Source: Candidatus Heimdallarchaeota archaeon (lineage in GTDB: Archaea; Asgardarchaeota; Heimdallarchaeia; Hodarchaeales; Hodarchaeaceae). From it: DNA of 64,000 nucleotides. Of the stretch, positions 10,610 through 21,700 are shown in pieces. Both the position numbers and the translations under genes were made by a program. How positions within the stretch are numbered: position 1 is the first letter of the stretch; each line of letters opens with the position of its first letter. The stretch covers positions 1,077,584-1,141,583 of the forward strand of contig CP070695.1 in assembly GCA_020353515.1 (NCBI GenBank), written 5' to 3'. The notes under the pieces are model-generated. The model had not been told where the DNA came from and made no database searches. It saw only the letters and a list, made by a program, of their open reading frames with translations.

Positions 10610-11419
10610 TCAGCGTGCACGGTAGTCGAATTTTCGAATTTCCATTGGGTCAGCTCTAGTATGTAACACTTCTAGTTCATTTTCGGTGGGAGGAAGGGTA
10701 TTGGGAACTGGATCAGGGATGATTAAGGAGAAACCAGTATTTTCTATTACTTCTTCAAGGCTTGATGTTTCATGAATGGATCGTAAACGCATTCTTCCAT
10801 CATCAGTCTGGAAGTCGAGAACAGCTAGATCGGTGAATATTGTTGTTATTCCTTGATACACATCCAAGGCCATCTCTTTACGCCAGCGAGGTGAGGCACC
10901 ACGAGCTGTGATAAAATCTACTTTCTCAACAAATGTCCGTGTATCATGTCGTGGTACATACGCAAGAACTCTATGGCATGCATTACAGATATCTCCAACC
11001 GCTGCTCCTCCTGGTAATCTAACTTTGGGATTATTAAGATCTTTACCAATGATACTATTGTTAATATTCCCATATTGATCAATTTGACCTGGTCGAAGAA
11101 TTCCGAAATCCAAGGTCGCTTTTGGACCTCCCCAATAGTTGTACATGGAAATTAATTTTGAGAAACCACGTGCTTTCGGAATAGATAATTCGAATAGTTC
11201 AACATCAGTCATTATTGAAAATAAATCAACGTCTAAATCAGGGCTAATCCAATAGCCTCCATAGATAAAATCTAAATTCGGTGCATGGGTCATTCTAGCT
11301 AGTTGAATAGCAACTACTGCTAATGGGATCGCTATTCCAGTGTAACATGACTCATTATCCTTAATTTCCCTCGCTAGCGATACGGTAATTTGGTCGATCA
11401 CCTCATATTCCGAGCTCAT
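10610..11419 (-). CDS. CoA-transferase beta subunit (GctB-like)
   Basis: GQIDQYGNINNS, RLPGGAA, FVEKVDFIT, TDLAV, NTGF; likely start ATG 11419 overlapping the alpha stop (ATGA). Confidence 0.88.
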   Translation of the reverse strand: MSSEYEVIDQITVSLAREIKDNESCYTGIAIPLAVVAIQLARMTHAPNLDFIYGGYWISPDLDVDLFSIMTDVELFELSIPKARGFSKLISMYNYWGGPKATLDFGILRPGQIDQYGNINNSIIGKDLNNPKVRLPGGAAVGDICNACHRVLAYVPRHDTRTFVEKVDFITARGASPRWRKEMALDVYQGITTIFTDLAVLDFQTDDGRMRLRSIHETSSLEEVIENTGFSLIIPDPVPNTLPPTENELEVLHTRADPMEIRKFDYRAR

Positions 11420-12240
11420 TGTGATCCCTCCTGTTTCAAAACATTCTCCTCCAAATAAGTCTGAAATCCGTCTGGATTCCGTGATATACCTGAATAAGTC
11501 ATCAGATGGCCCATATCTGATGCATAAAAGGGAGGAAATCCAGAAGGCCAAGCCCCGTTAGGGACAACAGAGATATAATCAACATCAAGATAAGAAAACA
11601 TCAATCGGTCAGTAATTTCTCTTGCTTCTTCTCTCGTAATCATTTTTTCAACTGTAACAAATAATTGGTCAGAACATAAAGCAGGAAGCGTGGAGAATGC
11701 ATCTAAAATATGATTTTTAGGATAATACACGTTACCATTTGAATCAGCTGCATATGCATGAATAATCGCAATATCTGGAAAAATAGAAGGTACTTGAACA
11801 TATTTTTTCCCCTGAAATGTCACTTCTTCGAAATCAGGCCGTATTTTGACAAGATCGGATCCTAGGATAGTCCTAATAAGAACGAAAGGTAATCCTATTG
11901 CTCCTCCTTGGAAAGCACGAATCATACTGCATTCACTCCATTCATGAAAAGTGAGAGTCTTTTCTTGCTCTAAGACTCGCCGAAAATTCCCAGCCATTCC
12001 AATCATTGGTAAACCGACATAGGAGGAGTGTAACTCCGAGATAGCACCAACACCGACTAGAAGATCGATATCAAGATCACCAATTAATGTGATGACATGT
12101 AAGTCCTTTTTTTCTTGACGAATTATCTCCCTGATAGCTTCCATTGGTTTAAGAAGCATTGCACCCCCGCCTATGGCAATTTTCTTCTTGGGTTGAATTA
12201 CTTCTGACACAATTTTATCCAAATCAATAAGTTGAGTCAC
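11416..12240 (-). CDS. CoA-transferase alpha subunit (GctA-like)
   Basis: IAIGG, DLLVGVG, GLPF, GSDL, PDIAIIHA, ADSNGN. Confidence 0.88.
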   Translation of the reverse strand: MTQLIDLDKIVSEVIQPKKKIAIGGGAMLLKPMEAIREIIRQEKKDLHVITLIGDLDIDLLVGVGAISELHSSYVGLPMIGMAGNFRRVLEQEKTLTFHEWSECSMIRAFQGGAIGLPFVLIRTILGSDLVKIRPDFEEVTFQGKKYVQVPSIFPDIAIIHAYAADSNGNVYYPKNHILDAFSTLPALCSDQLFVTVEKMITREEAREITDRLMFSYLDVDYISVVPNGAWPSGFPPFYASDMGHLMTYSGISRNPDGFQTYLEENVLKQEGSQ

Positions 12241-12330
12241 AATAACATCTTCCTTTCTTCGAGAGGTAATTTTTCCAAATGTAAGAATTTATTTTAATAT
12301 AGTTCTATGTAAAGGAGGGTGGTTTGAATA

Positions 12331-12680
12331 ATGCCTCGGTGGATGTATTTAATTAATCCCGAAGCAGGGGAGAGTAAACACGAAATAGCTAGAGAATACC
12401 AAAAAGAAAATCATGGTACAATTGGAAAATACCTCTTTTATGCAGATGACAAGGGAAAGTTAATAGATCTTGGAAAAAAATAATGTCAAAGTATAAATTA
12501 TACATTGCAAAAGTACCGTTAACTAGACAACCACGTCCTGGCCAACCTGGTAAAGGACTTGTTATATGTTTTTACGATACGAATCCTAAATTGGTACAAG
12601 AACTAGAACAATATGCTGATGAAAAAATAACGTATGGTCATTGGAAAACCGATGCAGATACGATAACAGAGCATCTATAA
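12331..12680 (+). CDS. Bles03/DUF1917-like protein split by a -1 frameshift at A7 (ORFs 12331-12483 and 12483-12680)
   Basis: RBS AGGAGGGTGG before ATG 12331; the joined product reads GKYLFY...KKIMSKYKLYIAKV...VICFYD...WKTDADT. Confidence 0.6.
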
Positions 12681-12826
12681 TTGAACTTCAAGTGTACTAA
12701 TGTTGTCACAGGTTGGAGAAAGATGATCCGATTAATTCCCATCACACAACCAAAATTCGCTTTTCCAGAGAAATATTACCCTGAACACGAGTGAATTTTA
12801 CAAGATGAGATCCAAGAGATAGATGG

Positions 12827-13828
12827 TTAAGTGACATGGTGTAAAAACTTCTGTAAGAATCTTATTTTAAAAGCTCTAACTCTTAAAGTTAAAAGGAAAG
12901 AAAGATTTACCTCAGGTTGAATCTCTAAAAGAAGCATTGAAGACAACACCAAAAATATTCCAACGATAATCCAGGGAGAATAGGTAAACATTCCAAATAA
13001 AAACTCAAATCCAAAGGGTACAATTATCTGTAACAAGAGATAGAAGGTTGTTTTAACCGATCCTAATTGTGATAAAGCCCAATTATGAAGTCCAAAAGTG
13101 ATGATAGTTGAAAAAATACCTAAAAAGATCAGGAAAGGCAATGTGTACCCTAAAGATGAAAATGAGGGAGGTTTTGTTAAAATGGATAAAATAAATAGCG
13201 GGATGAAAGTGTAAACCAGTGTTGCGTACAAAAAACTCAAAGGATCATGTTGACCAGTTTTAAATTTGATTTCACCAATAAGCAGACTAGATAAGACAAT
13301 GTTTAATCCCCAAACAAAAGCTGATATCAATAAAAAGACTACTCCAATTCCATTGGTACTAGATAAATTTGTAATGTCACCATTGAAACTAATTAGAAAA
13401 ATCCCTACTGATGCCACCGTTGCTACGATCATGATTCTTTTTGAAAGAGATGTATTTTCGATTCTCCAAGACATAAATGGAACAAATATAACATAACTAG
13501 TTGAGATAAGAGTAGCTAGCCCAGCAGTAGTCAAATCCTGGCCCATGGTCGAGGCGAGATATCCTGCTGCAATTAAGAATCCTATTAACATAATTTTCCT
13601 ATTTTTCAATAAAGATAATCCATTTTGATTCTTAATGATTGGTAATAACAGGGAACTGGCGAGTACTGCTATTCCAAATCTCAGGGTCATAATATCTAAG
13701 GGAGTTGAAACCTCTAGTATTATTTCAACAACGATAGGACTGATCCCCCACAATAGACTACTAATTAACATTGCGACTTGTGCATTCTTCTCTTTTTGCA
13801 TGGTTAGAATATTAGCCTCCCTGTACAT
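12827..13828 (-). CDS. DMT/EamA family transporter
   Basis: About 10 TM segments, LLWG, RFGIA, two EamA-like halves. Confidence 0.88.
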   Translation of the reverse strand: MYREANILTMQKEKNAQVAMLISSLLWGISPIVVEIILEVSTPLDIMTLRFGIAVLASSLLLPIIKNQNGLSLLKNRKIMLIGFLIAAGYLASTMGQDLTTAGLATLISTSYVIFVPFMSWRIENTSLSKRIMIVATVASVGIFLISFNGDITNLSSTNGIGVVFLLISAFVWGLNIVLSSLLIGEIKFKTGQHDPLSFLYATLVYTFIPLFILSILTKPPSFSSLGYTLPFLIFLGIFSTIITFGLHNWALSQLGSVKTTFYLLLQIIVPFGFEFLFGMFTYSPWIIVGIFLVLSSMLLLEIQPEVNLSFLLTLRVRAFKIRFLQKFLHHVT

Positions 13829-13913
13829 GAATGATCTACCTCGATTAGGAGGTAGTTGTTTTAAGTCGAGAAATCAAACTATGTTATAATAAGTAAAAAC
13901 ACGGTGAGAATTT

Positions 13914-14585
13914 ATGCTTTATAATGCACTAGTCAAAGTTATTCATGATTGTCCATTTTCGAGACTTTCAAACAAATTTCCTATGGTTGAAGTGTTACAT
14001 TGGTGTAATTCTCATTATGATGTATTAGAATTACGAGGAACTAAGGATAAGGTAACTCATGCCATTTCAGAAGTGCATACGAATCTGGGATCCATCATTA
14101 AGAAATCCTTAGATCAAAACCACGTCCAAATGGTCATTAAGCAGTGTGAGTGTGATTACGAACCCTTTTCCGTTATTTTAGATACCCATAAATGTATTCA
14201 ACTTCCTCCAGTGAAGTATCTCGCAGGTGAAGAGGTGGTTAAACTTCTAATCACCTTAGATGATCTCAAATTAGTTACAGATGAGTTGAAGGAGAAAGAT
14301 CCCGAGGCTAAAATCGAAATCCTTAATTTGGCTCCAGTTAAAGAAATAGATAATCCTAAATTTCACCTGTTATATCTAGATGAATTAAGAACGGATTTGA
14401 CAGTAAAACAATTACATGCATTGACCAAAGCGTTTAACCAAGGTTATTATGAGCTTCCCCGAAATGTTTCAATCGATTCCCTTTCAGAAGAAATGGCGAT
14501 AAAACCACGAACCTTTCAGGAGCATTTACGAAAGGCAGAAAGAAAAATAATGAAGAAAATTGTCCCTGTTCTCAATTTTAAGTGA
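13914..14585 (+). CDS. Bat/HTH_10-type transcriptional regulator
   Basis: C-terminal LTVKQ..AFNQGYYELPR..LSEEM..TFQEHLRKAERK; divergent from the DMT gene. Confidence 0.9.
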   Translation: MLYNALVKVIHDCPFSRLSNKFPMVEVLHWCNSHYDVLELRGTKDKVTHAISEVHTNLGSIIKKSLDQNHVQMVIKQCECDYEPFSVILDTHKCIQLPPVKYLAGEEVVKLLITLDDLKLVTDELKEKDPEAKIEILNLAPVKEIDNPKFHLLYLDELRTDLTVKQLHALTKAFNQGYYELPRNVSIDSLSEEMAIKPRTFQEHLRKAERKIMKKIVPVLNFK

Positions 14586-14602
14586 GTCTTTCATTATTAG
14601 TA

Positions 14603-16693
14603 TCAAAGTTCGGAATCTTTTATTCGCCACAGGAAGAATGATAGCATCTGCGTCCCTTCTGCGATTAGCTTTGTGACTGATTTCCCAGTCCCATGACCAG
14701 CCTCAGATTCAGTCAATAATAATATGGGATTTGTAGTTTGGGGAAGATTTTGCATCAGAGCAGTCATCTTTAATGCGTGAGTTGGATCAACTCGACTATC
14801 ATTAATTGCTGTCTTAAACAGAACAGATGGATAAGAAACATCCTCTTCGACATTCTGATATGGAGAATATGCCTTCAGCCACTTGAAATCCTCCAACTTC
14901 TCTGGGTCACCATATTCGGGAATCCACGTTTTTCCAATAGAGAAGTGGTGGTACCGGAGCATATCCAGCAAGGGAACTGCACAATAAACCGCTGTAAACA
15001 AGTCTGGTCGTTGAATTGTTGCAGCTCCAACCAATAATCCTCCATTACTTCCCCCTAAAATGGCTAAGGTCTTGGGGGAACAATATTTTTTCTGGATTAG
15101 GTGTTCTGCTGCAGCAATGAAGTCATCAAAGACATTTTGTTTTTTATATAAGATCCCTGCTTTATGCCAAGCGTCACCATGCTCCCCTCCACCACGGATG
15201 TTTGCTACAGCGACGACTCCACCTCGTTCCACCCAGTGAATGAGATTAGGAGAGAAGAAGGGGGTCATACTAACATTGAAACCTCCATACCCATACAGAA
15301 GTGCTGGATTATCACCCGATAGAGCGAGTTGGGAAGGATGGATTAGGAACATATGAACTCGTGTCCCATCCTGCGATTGATACCATTCTTCTGTGGTCTC
15401 GTATTTAGATTGGTTTAGGTTCAAGTCCATTTTGAAAAATTCTACTAATTTCCCTGAGGGTATATTGAATTGATAAGTGGTTGGAGCTTGAAAAAAAGAC
15501 ATACAGTTGAAAAAGACATCAGAGTACTCCACCCCCCCGCTGAATCCTCCACCCATATCCATTGGATCGACGCTTCCAGCCTCTGGGAGGGAGATTTCTA
15601 CTACGAATGTCCCATCAGGTTCATGCAAAGTCACTTTACTTTTCACATCATGGAGCCACAAAGCAATGATTTTATCGGAGACCAATTGTACATCTTGAAG
15701 GATATCCGTTTGGGGTTCAAGGATTGTTTCCCAGTTTGTCATCTGTAAATTCTCCTTCTCTGCCCTATATAACCCAAAGTTAGGGGACTTATGGTTGCTG
15801 TAGATATACACGTAATTTTGACTAATAAAGGGAGTTAATAACCACTGGCTTTCAGTCACAATAGGAACCTGTTTCGGTGGGCTGGTGGTTAAATCAATGA
15901 AATACAAATCTGATGCTATGAAACGAAATGCTCTTACAATCATGAATGAGTCATCGGGGGATAACACTGGAAACGGATACTCTTGAGGATTGTCTGGATT
16001 TTCAAAAATGACTGGATCAAGATTAGGGTCAGTCCCTAGTTTATGCAAACGTACATGGGAACCAAAAACCTCTTCTCCTGGAGGAACATTTCCTGGTTTC
16101 GGAAACCGTGTGTAATAAAACGCCGAGTCGTCTTTCGTCCATCGAACCGATGACCATTTTGCTCGTTCGATTTTCTCATTTAAGAGATCCCCAGAAGGTA
16201 CATTCATTAGGTGGAGAATCGCCCATTCTGATCCTCCTTCAGAAAGTCCATATGCAAGCGTTTTACCTTCATTGCTAGGGAAAAAATAGTCTAATGAGGT
16301 TGTACCAGCAGGATCGATTTCGTTGACATCTACAAGGACTCGTTCCTTATCAGTGTCTCTTGCTCGGAAATATAACACCGGTTGCTCTTTATTTGCCAGT
16401 TTTTTGAGATAAAACAGGCCACTGTGGCTTTCCTTGACTTTCAGTACTTCATCTCGGTACTGCAGCTGAGACAACCGATTTTTGATTGTCTTCTTCTCAG
16501 GAAATTTATTCAAAACCTCTTCTGTGAGTTTATTCTGTGCTTTAATCCACGTAATAACAGGATCGCTTTCTATATCTTCTAACCATCGAAAGGGATCTTC
16601 AATAGGAATTCCATGTAATCGATCTATTACAATTTTCTTATTCGACGGAGGATAGCTTTTACGAATCTGTTCATCTGATATAACCCAACTCAT
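14603..16693 (-). CDS. Prolyl oligopeptidase (S9A)
   Basis: DPFRWLED, YGYGGF, RGGGE, GGSNGGLL, DSRV, GHG. Confidence 0.96.
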   Translation of the reverse strand: MSWVISDEQIRKSYPPSNKKIVIDRLHGIPIEDPFRWLEDIESDPVITWIKAQNKLTEEVLNKFPEKKTIKNRLSQLQYRDEVLKVKESHSGLFYLKKLANKEQPVLYFRARDTDKERVLVDVNEIDPAGTTSLDYFFPSNEGKTLAYGLSEGGSEWAILHLMNVPSGDLLNEKIERAKWSSVRWTKDDSAFYYTRFPKPGNVPPGEEVFGSHVRLHKLGTDPNLDPVIFENPDNPQEYPFPVLSPDDSFMIVRAFRFIASDLYFIDLTTSPPKQVPIVTESQWLLTPFISQNYVYIYSNHKSPNFGLYRAEKENLQMTNWETILEPQTDILQDVQLVSDKIIALWLHDVKSKVTLHEPDGTFVVEISLPEAGSVDPMDMGGGFSGGVEYSDVFFNCMSFFQAPTTYQFNIPSGKLVEFFKMDLNLNQSKYETTEEWYQSQDGTRVHMFLIHPSQLALSGDNPALLYGYGGFNVSMTPFFSPNLIHWVERGGVVAVANIRGGGEHGDAWHKAGILYKKQNVFDDFIAAAEHLIQKKYCSPKTLAILGGSNGGLLVGAATIQRPDLFTAVYCAVPLLDMLRYHHFSIGKTWIPEYGDPEKLEDFKWLKAYSPYQNVEEDVSYPSVLFKTAINDSRVDPTHALKMTALMQNLPQTTNPILLLTESEAGHGTGKSVTKLIAEGTQMLSFFLWRIKDSEL

Positions 16694-16785
16694 TATTTTG
16701 CCACCTGACTTATTTTCTTCGCCTAATCGATGTTTATGAGTATCCGCTTCTTAGTTTTTTTCCTTCACTAAAAGTTTAAAAGACT

Positions 16786-17527
16786 ATGGTCTCAAGATCA
16801 AAAAATAATGGCGACGACAGAAGGACCATGATCGTGGTATCTTCAATGAAGCTAATCGATTTGATTATTGGTTCTTATGGTCTTAATGTGGCTATCAATC
16901 TTATTTTCTTGATTCTTGACAATCGATTTGATATTTTATTGGTGACAGGCCCCCTATCACTCATCCCCCTGATTTTCACGTTGAACCAAAGGAGGAAAGA
17001 GTGATTTTTCTTCCTATCTATTTCTGGTTTAGATTTTCTTGGGAATTTTCTTGTTAATTTGCGCTTATGTTTATTGCTTCAAGTTGTATGGATTGAAAAT
17101 CACTATGATAACAAGTGGGTTAATTACTTCGTTTTTCTTAGTTTTATTTCTGTCAGGAGCGTATTCTAGTGTCCCTTTAAGATCTGATCTACCGATAGCA
17201 CAAGCCACTGGTGCTTTTACAGACATGATAGGTATTTTTCAAAGCTTCCTCGTGACCTTTGAGTTAGGTCGGTATGCTCTCAATAAAACGAATGGTAAAG
17301 CTCTCAGCAATGAAGATATCGTATATGTAAGTCTATTGGTCAGTTTCTTTGGATTATGCTTCCAACTATTGTTAGATGCCTCTGCTGCAGGGCTTGGTTT
17401 TTATTATTATACAGATCATCCAGCGATCAATATTTTTGGATATCCAATCTATTTTCTCTTGTCATTTACAGTATATGGATTGTGGGGTGCATTTTTTTTA
17501 ATTTTGGAGAAAAACTATGTAAAGTGA
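16786..17527 (+). pseudogene. Membrane protein apparently split across frames (16786-17004, 17039-17527)
   Basis: Two consecutive hydrophobic ORFs; a third frame bridges them (DFHVEPKEERVIFLPIYFWF); the second ORF lacks a good start. Confidence 0.5.
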
Positions 17528-17541
17528 AATTGGTGATCGTA

Positions 17542-18138
17542 ATGAAAGTACTTGACTTGTTAAAGTATCATCAGAAGGGAAATGGAGTAATACTAAAAAT
17601 AGCTGATCGATTATTAGTCGCGGTTGGGAAAGAAAGTTATTGGGATAAAACAACAGAACCATACACAATCACATATACCAATACGGGAGGCCATGTGGAA
17701 GGTGGTGAGACAATTGAAGAAGCAACTAAACGAGAAGTCCGAGAAGAACTAGGTTGTGAGGTAACTTTGTTTACTTCAGAAACCACCTATTATTGTGGGT
17801 TAGAAAACCCGAACTTGAAAAAAAAACCTATTGACGACAAGTTAGCACCCGTTCTAGTTTATAATTCCTCTGAAATCCAGATGTCAGTCTGTGTGTATCT
17901 TGCTGAAATTATTTCAGACCCTTTTCCTCAACGGGAAGTCCCAGCTATCATGTATATGCCATTAACTTTGCTTGAAGGAGGGCAACTTAAGACTCTGTTG
18001 AAGAAGGGGTGTTCAATCAAAGAACAGAAGAAAAATTCCATACCAAGAGATGCAATCATGCAACCCTTTGACTCCATAAGCATTATAGCAGAGAATCTAG
18101 ATTATTTCAGGAAACTGTCTTTTTTCCAGCGACTATAA
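17542..18138 (+). CDS. NUDIX hydrolase
   Basis: Nudix box GGHVEGGETIEEATKREVREELG; likely start ATG 17542 after GGTGA. Confidence 0.9.
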   Translation: MKVLDLLKYHQKGNGVILKIADRLLVAVGKESYWDKTTEPYTITYTNTGGHVEGGETIEEATKREVREELGCEVTLFTSETTYYCGLENPNLKKKPIDDKLAPVLVYNSSEIQMSVCVYLAEIISDPFPQREVPAIMYMPLTLLEGGQLKTLLKKGCSIKEQKKNSIPRDAIMQPFDSISIIAENLDYFRKLSFFQRL

Positions 18139-18330
18139 TCGACAATCTTTTCAAGGTCTTATTATAACTAAAAAATAGATGTTCTAATAGATAAAATCAA
18201 ATATTTTCAAGTTCTGATGACATTACTTTTTTCATATCCTTCTTGATGATCTTATCGTACACCACATTCTTCATGATTTTATATGGGAATGTAAGATTAT
18301 TACATACTTAAAGAATCTGGGTTTAATCTC

Positions 18331-19047
18331 ATGATATCGGACACTTTGATCTTCCTTGGTGCAAGTGGGGTTTTACTTTCAGTTGAAGCCCTTAATATCA
18401 AAAGACATTATACTTCTGTGAATTCTAAGGTCATCGAGAACCAATACTCCTTCCTTTTGCCCATCTCAATCATTAACATAACACTAATTGCACTTAGTTT
18501 ATTGCTTGGTCTGTACGCAGATTTCTTCTACTCCATTGCTATCTTAATTGGGATGAGTATTGGATTAATAGGAGACTTGAATAATAGATCCATTCATTCA
18601 TCCATTAAGGGGTTCGTCCTAGGTTCAAGTATATTCATTGTCTCTTATCTCTGTTTTTCAATCGGTCTACTTTATACTAGTGGTGGTTTTCATTTCCCTC
18701 TGGATCTAGTAGTAATCGGTTTCGCCTGTTTGAGTTATTGCTTTTTGGTTATGTCGTCGTGGGATTCTGATTTTTTTCAACATCTCGGAAAATTTCGCTT
18801 AATAACTAATTTTTATCCAATATTGCTCTTATTTTTACTCTCTCGTGCAATTATCAATCTTTTTCAAAGCTCTTTGCCCTTCCAAAGTGTTTTTCTTCTG
18901 ACCATCGCAATTTTACTTATTTTTATAACAGATATGGAATTTTCCATTGATAAATTCTTTAAATCCCGCGAGAGTTTGGTGGGTCCAGTCCTCTATCCTG
19001 TAGGCCAACTTACTCTTGCACTATCAACTTTATTGATAGCTTTATGA
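18331..19047 (+). CDS. YhhN/TMEM86 lysoplasmalogenase-like membrane protein
   Basis: IGD, FVLGxxxF, FITD, LYxVGQ motif pattern with about 8 TM segments. Confidence 0.6.
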   Translation: MISDTLIFLGASGVLLSVEALNIKRHYTSVNSKVIENQYSFLLPISIINITLIALSLLLGLYADFFYSIAILIGMSIGLIGDLNNRSIHSSIKGFVLGSSIFIVSYLCFSIGLLYTSGGFHFPLDLVVIGFACLSYCFLVMSSWDSDFFQHLGKFRLITNFYPILLLFLLSRAIINLFQSSLPFQSVFLLTIAILLIFITDMEFSIDKFFKSRESLVGPVLYPVGQLTLALSTLLIAL

Positions 19048-19127
19048 CTTGAATCAGTCCCTTTCCCATTTTCCTACCAGACTTCTAGCTTAATAAATGC
19101 ATCTTTACAATGTATTATTGAGCTCTG

Positions 19128-19685
19128 ATGCAATTAAAAATAACGGATTTTTGTTCTCATTGGCCAAAATTAGCCTTGATGTTAGCACCTATAATTACAG
19201 TTATCTTATTCTTGTCAAGGAATGATATTGGCAGTTATACTTGGTTTTTCTGGTTACATATCCCCATTCTCATGTTACACCAGATTGAGGAATACATTTT
19301 TCCTGGAGGATTTACGGAATTCGCAAATGAAATAACAGGAGAGAAAATCTCATTTACAGACACAAAGACTTTCTATGTGAATGTAGTACTGGGATGGGGG
19401 GTTTTTACACTGGCAGCAATTGTTGGAATGAATCTTATTTGGCTTCCTGTGGCATTGTTGATCTTTATGGGTGGGAATGCTGCTGGTCATGTGGGGGGAA
19501 CGATCCTTTTACGTAAATATGCCCCAGGATTCTTTGTAAGTCTGTTAATAAATATTCCGTTCTCTTTTTTTATCATCTTCACGCTATTGAATACAGGACT
19601 GCTTTCCCTGTTTGATCTTTCCCTTTCTATTGGAACTGCAGTCGTATTGGTTTTTATTATGTTTCTATTTTTATTAAAAACGTGA
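19128..19685 (+). CDS. HXXEE-domain membrane protein
   Basis: LHQIEEYIFPGGF, YAPG. Confidence 0.88.
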   Translation: MQLKITDFCSHWPKLALMLAPIITVILFLSRNDIGSYTWFFWLHIPILMLHQIEEYIFPGGFTEFANEITGEKISFTDTKTFYVNVVLGWGVFTLAAIVGMNLIWLPVALLIFMGGNAAGHVGGTILLRKYAPGFFVSLLINIPFSFFIIFTLLNTGLLSLFDLSLSIGTAVVLVFIMFLFLLKT

Positions 19686-20011
19686 AGTATTTTAGATTAA
19701 CATTTTTCTTAAGGATTCCCATCTTTCCGATATGGATCGGTTTATTCGTTTCTTTTGTCACAGGTCCCTCAATGATGCCATATTCTTCGGAAGTTATTGT
19801 TTATGGTTTAGAGGGAATTGATAGCGATCAGGATGGAAAAATAGATTTTATTACAGTTCTGATTACAAATAGTGGTCTTGTAACTGAAAACATCATCGTA
19901 ATCGATCTCTCAACGATGAACAAGTCTTGGACACATCCAGATGTAGAATATCCAATACAGGTAGAATCATTGGCTCAGATCAACTTGAACACACACAAAA
20001 ATTTAAAGTAG
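19682..20011 (+). CDS. Hypothetical membrane-anchored protein (possibly truncated)
   Basis: GTGA overlap with the upstream gene, N-terminal TM, DSDQDGKID. Confidence 0.55.
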   Translation: MKYFRLTFFLRIPIFPIWIGLFVSFVTGPSMMPYSSEVIVYGLEGIDSDQDGKIDFITVLITNSGLVTENIIVIDLSTMNKSWTHPDVEYPIQVESLAQINLNTHKNLK

Positions 20012-20031
20012 GAGAAGAACTGTAGTTAGTT

Positions 20032-20601
20032 GTGCAAAATATAAAAATCCTTATGATGTGTATTCTAATTCCTTATCTGACTTTTAATATAATTTCGATC
20101 CATAGTAATTCTAATGTAGTTTATTCAATAGTAGACAATGGTAAGTTGTCTACTGAACCATATCCTGAAGGAGCCGATATAATTAATCGAACGCTGGAAG
20201 ATCAGGATAGTTATGCTGTGAGTTATCAATTAACCAGATTAGATAGCATACAAGTTTATTTTATGATTGATAGATCTTCTATAGATTTAAGATTATTTTT
20301 TCATGACGAGGAGTATGAAGTGAGGTTTGATGGACTTTCCCCACAATCTTCCGCTTATAATAAGACATTTGCGTTTACTAGAAATGGACGGGCTCAAGTT
20401 GGTTTTACTAATCCAGGAGTAACTGCTGGTGGCGACAGTATCCATTTAACAGGATATGTTCGATTAATTAAAAACGGAGCACAAGAAGCAAACCAAGTCA
20501 TAACTGTACCTGAGTATACACCTACTATTGAAGGTTGGGTAGTAGTGATTGTTGCTGCAATTATAGTTTTAGTACGTAAAAGGCGTAATAATCAAAAATA
20601 G
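20032..20601 (+). CDS. Secreted protein with C-terminal TM anchor
   Basis: Signal peptide and WVVVIVAAIIVLVRKRR tail. Confidence 0.75.
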   Translation: MQNIKILMMCILIPYLTFNIISIHSNSNVVYSIVDNGKLSTEPYPEGADIINRTLEDQDSYAVSYQLTRLDSIQVYFMIDRSSIDLRLFFHDEEYEVRFDGLSPQSSAYNKTFAFTRNGRAQVGFTNPGVTAGGDSIHLTGYVRLIKNGAQEANQVITVPEYTPTIEGWVVVIVAAIIVLVRKRRNNQK

Positions 20602-20616
20602 TCAAAAAAATCTCAA

Positions 20617-21606
20617 TCATTTTTCTTCTGAAATCGAAAGAAAACCCTTTGGGTCTAAGCTGGTTGCTAACATGACTCTGTTAATATCTACATGCTCTGT
20701 CCACTCTTTGTGTTGAAACCAATAAGTGTTAATTTCTTCTATTAATGACCAATACTCTTCTAAAACAGACATCTTTTTAGCTGCTTGTAATCCAATTGCT
20801 AATCCAAGTTCTCTAAATGCTAAACCATGAGAAAGTCGATAGTTTGCAAGACCCTTTTGTGCTGCATTAATGAGAGCCCTTTTTTTATCAGGTTCCACAT
20901 CCATCTGTTCTAGTCGATAGGTATCAAACAATAGTCCACCAATACCCAAAGGATCAGTGGTAACAAGATTAATTTGTAGTAATATTCTTTCTAGTTCATT
21001 TAACACTGATTCTAAATTGACATTGGCAACTGTTTGCAATTCTAAGAATGTGACATAACCATCTATTGGATCGTATTGCCCCATCGAGGGAACGAGAGGA
21101 TAAGATAGGTCAATACTCATTTTCCAGAATATCCTATTATTCATGATGAAGCGTGTTGAAGCCTTTGTAAGATCTATGGCCCAAACGAGGTATTTTTCTT
21201 CTTTCACTACTTGAAACACCCTTACTAGAGTATGAATCCACTTTGTGAGATAATGGAAATATTGCCCATCACGGTTCCATTCCAAGTTTGGGTCAAAAGG
21301 TTCTTGGGGTTTTCTCTCGGGTAAACGTTTTCCTATTCTCAATCCATTCTTTGTGGGATGATCATTGCTTCCCAACCACCCTGATCTCTCATCATCTTCT
21401 CGGTGCATGCCTAATGTAGAGTGAACTTGTTTAACTAGCTGGATAGCCAAGTCTTTGAACCTGTTTTCTTTGGTCCTCTTGAAAAATCCTAAAAAATTAC
21501 AAGTTGCGAAGGCATCAGTCCAAAGATATCTTCTTTGAGGTTTATTTGTAGTTAATCCAGTATCCTCTGCAAATTTCTGCATTAATGCTATTGCAGTGTT
21601 TGACAT
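20617..21606 (-). CDS. Conserved hypothetical protein, probable alpha/alpha-toroid glycosidase-like
   Basis: RRYLWTDAFA, DGQYFHYLTKW, WKMSIDLS, LAFRELGL, HVDINRVMLA. Confidence 0.65.
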   Translation of the reverse strand: MSNTAIALMQKFAEDTGLTTNKPQRRYLWTDAFATCNFLGFFKRTKENRFKDLAIQLVKQVHSTLGMHREDDERSGWLGSNDHPTKNGLRIGKRLPERKPQEPFDPNLEWNRDGQYFHYLTKWIHTLVRVFQVVKEEKYLVWAIDLTKASTRFIMNNRIFWKMSIDLSYPLVPSMGQYDPIDGYVTFLELQTVANVNLESVLNELERILLQINLVTTDPLGIGGLLFDTYRLEQMDVEPDKKRALINAAQKGLANYRLSHGLAFRELGLAIGLQAAKKMSVLEEYWSLIEEINTYWFQHKEWTEHVDINRVMLATSLDPKGFLSISEEK

Positions 21607-21700
21607 AAAAGAAAAAACATTTCTTCAATTATAAGAATTTTATGACCGAATAATTTTCTCTTTCTTACTTATACTAAATAGTATGATACGAGGATTACAC

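Noticed and set aside
12694-12709. GTACTAATGTT match to the SBP operator
   Set aside because: Only half the palindrome, located in a convergent gap with no promoter.
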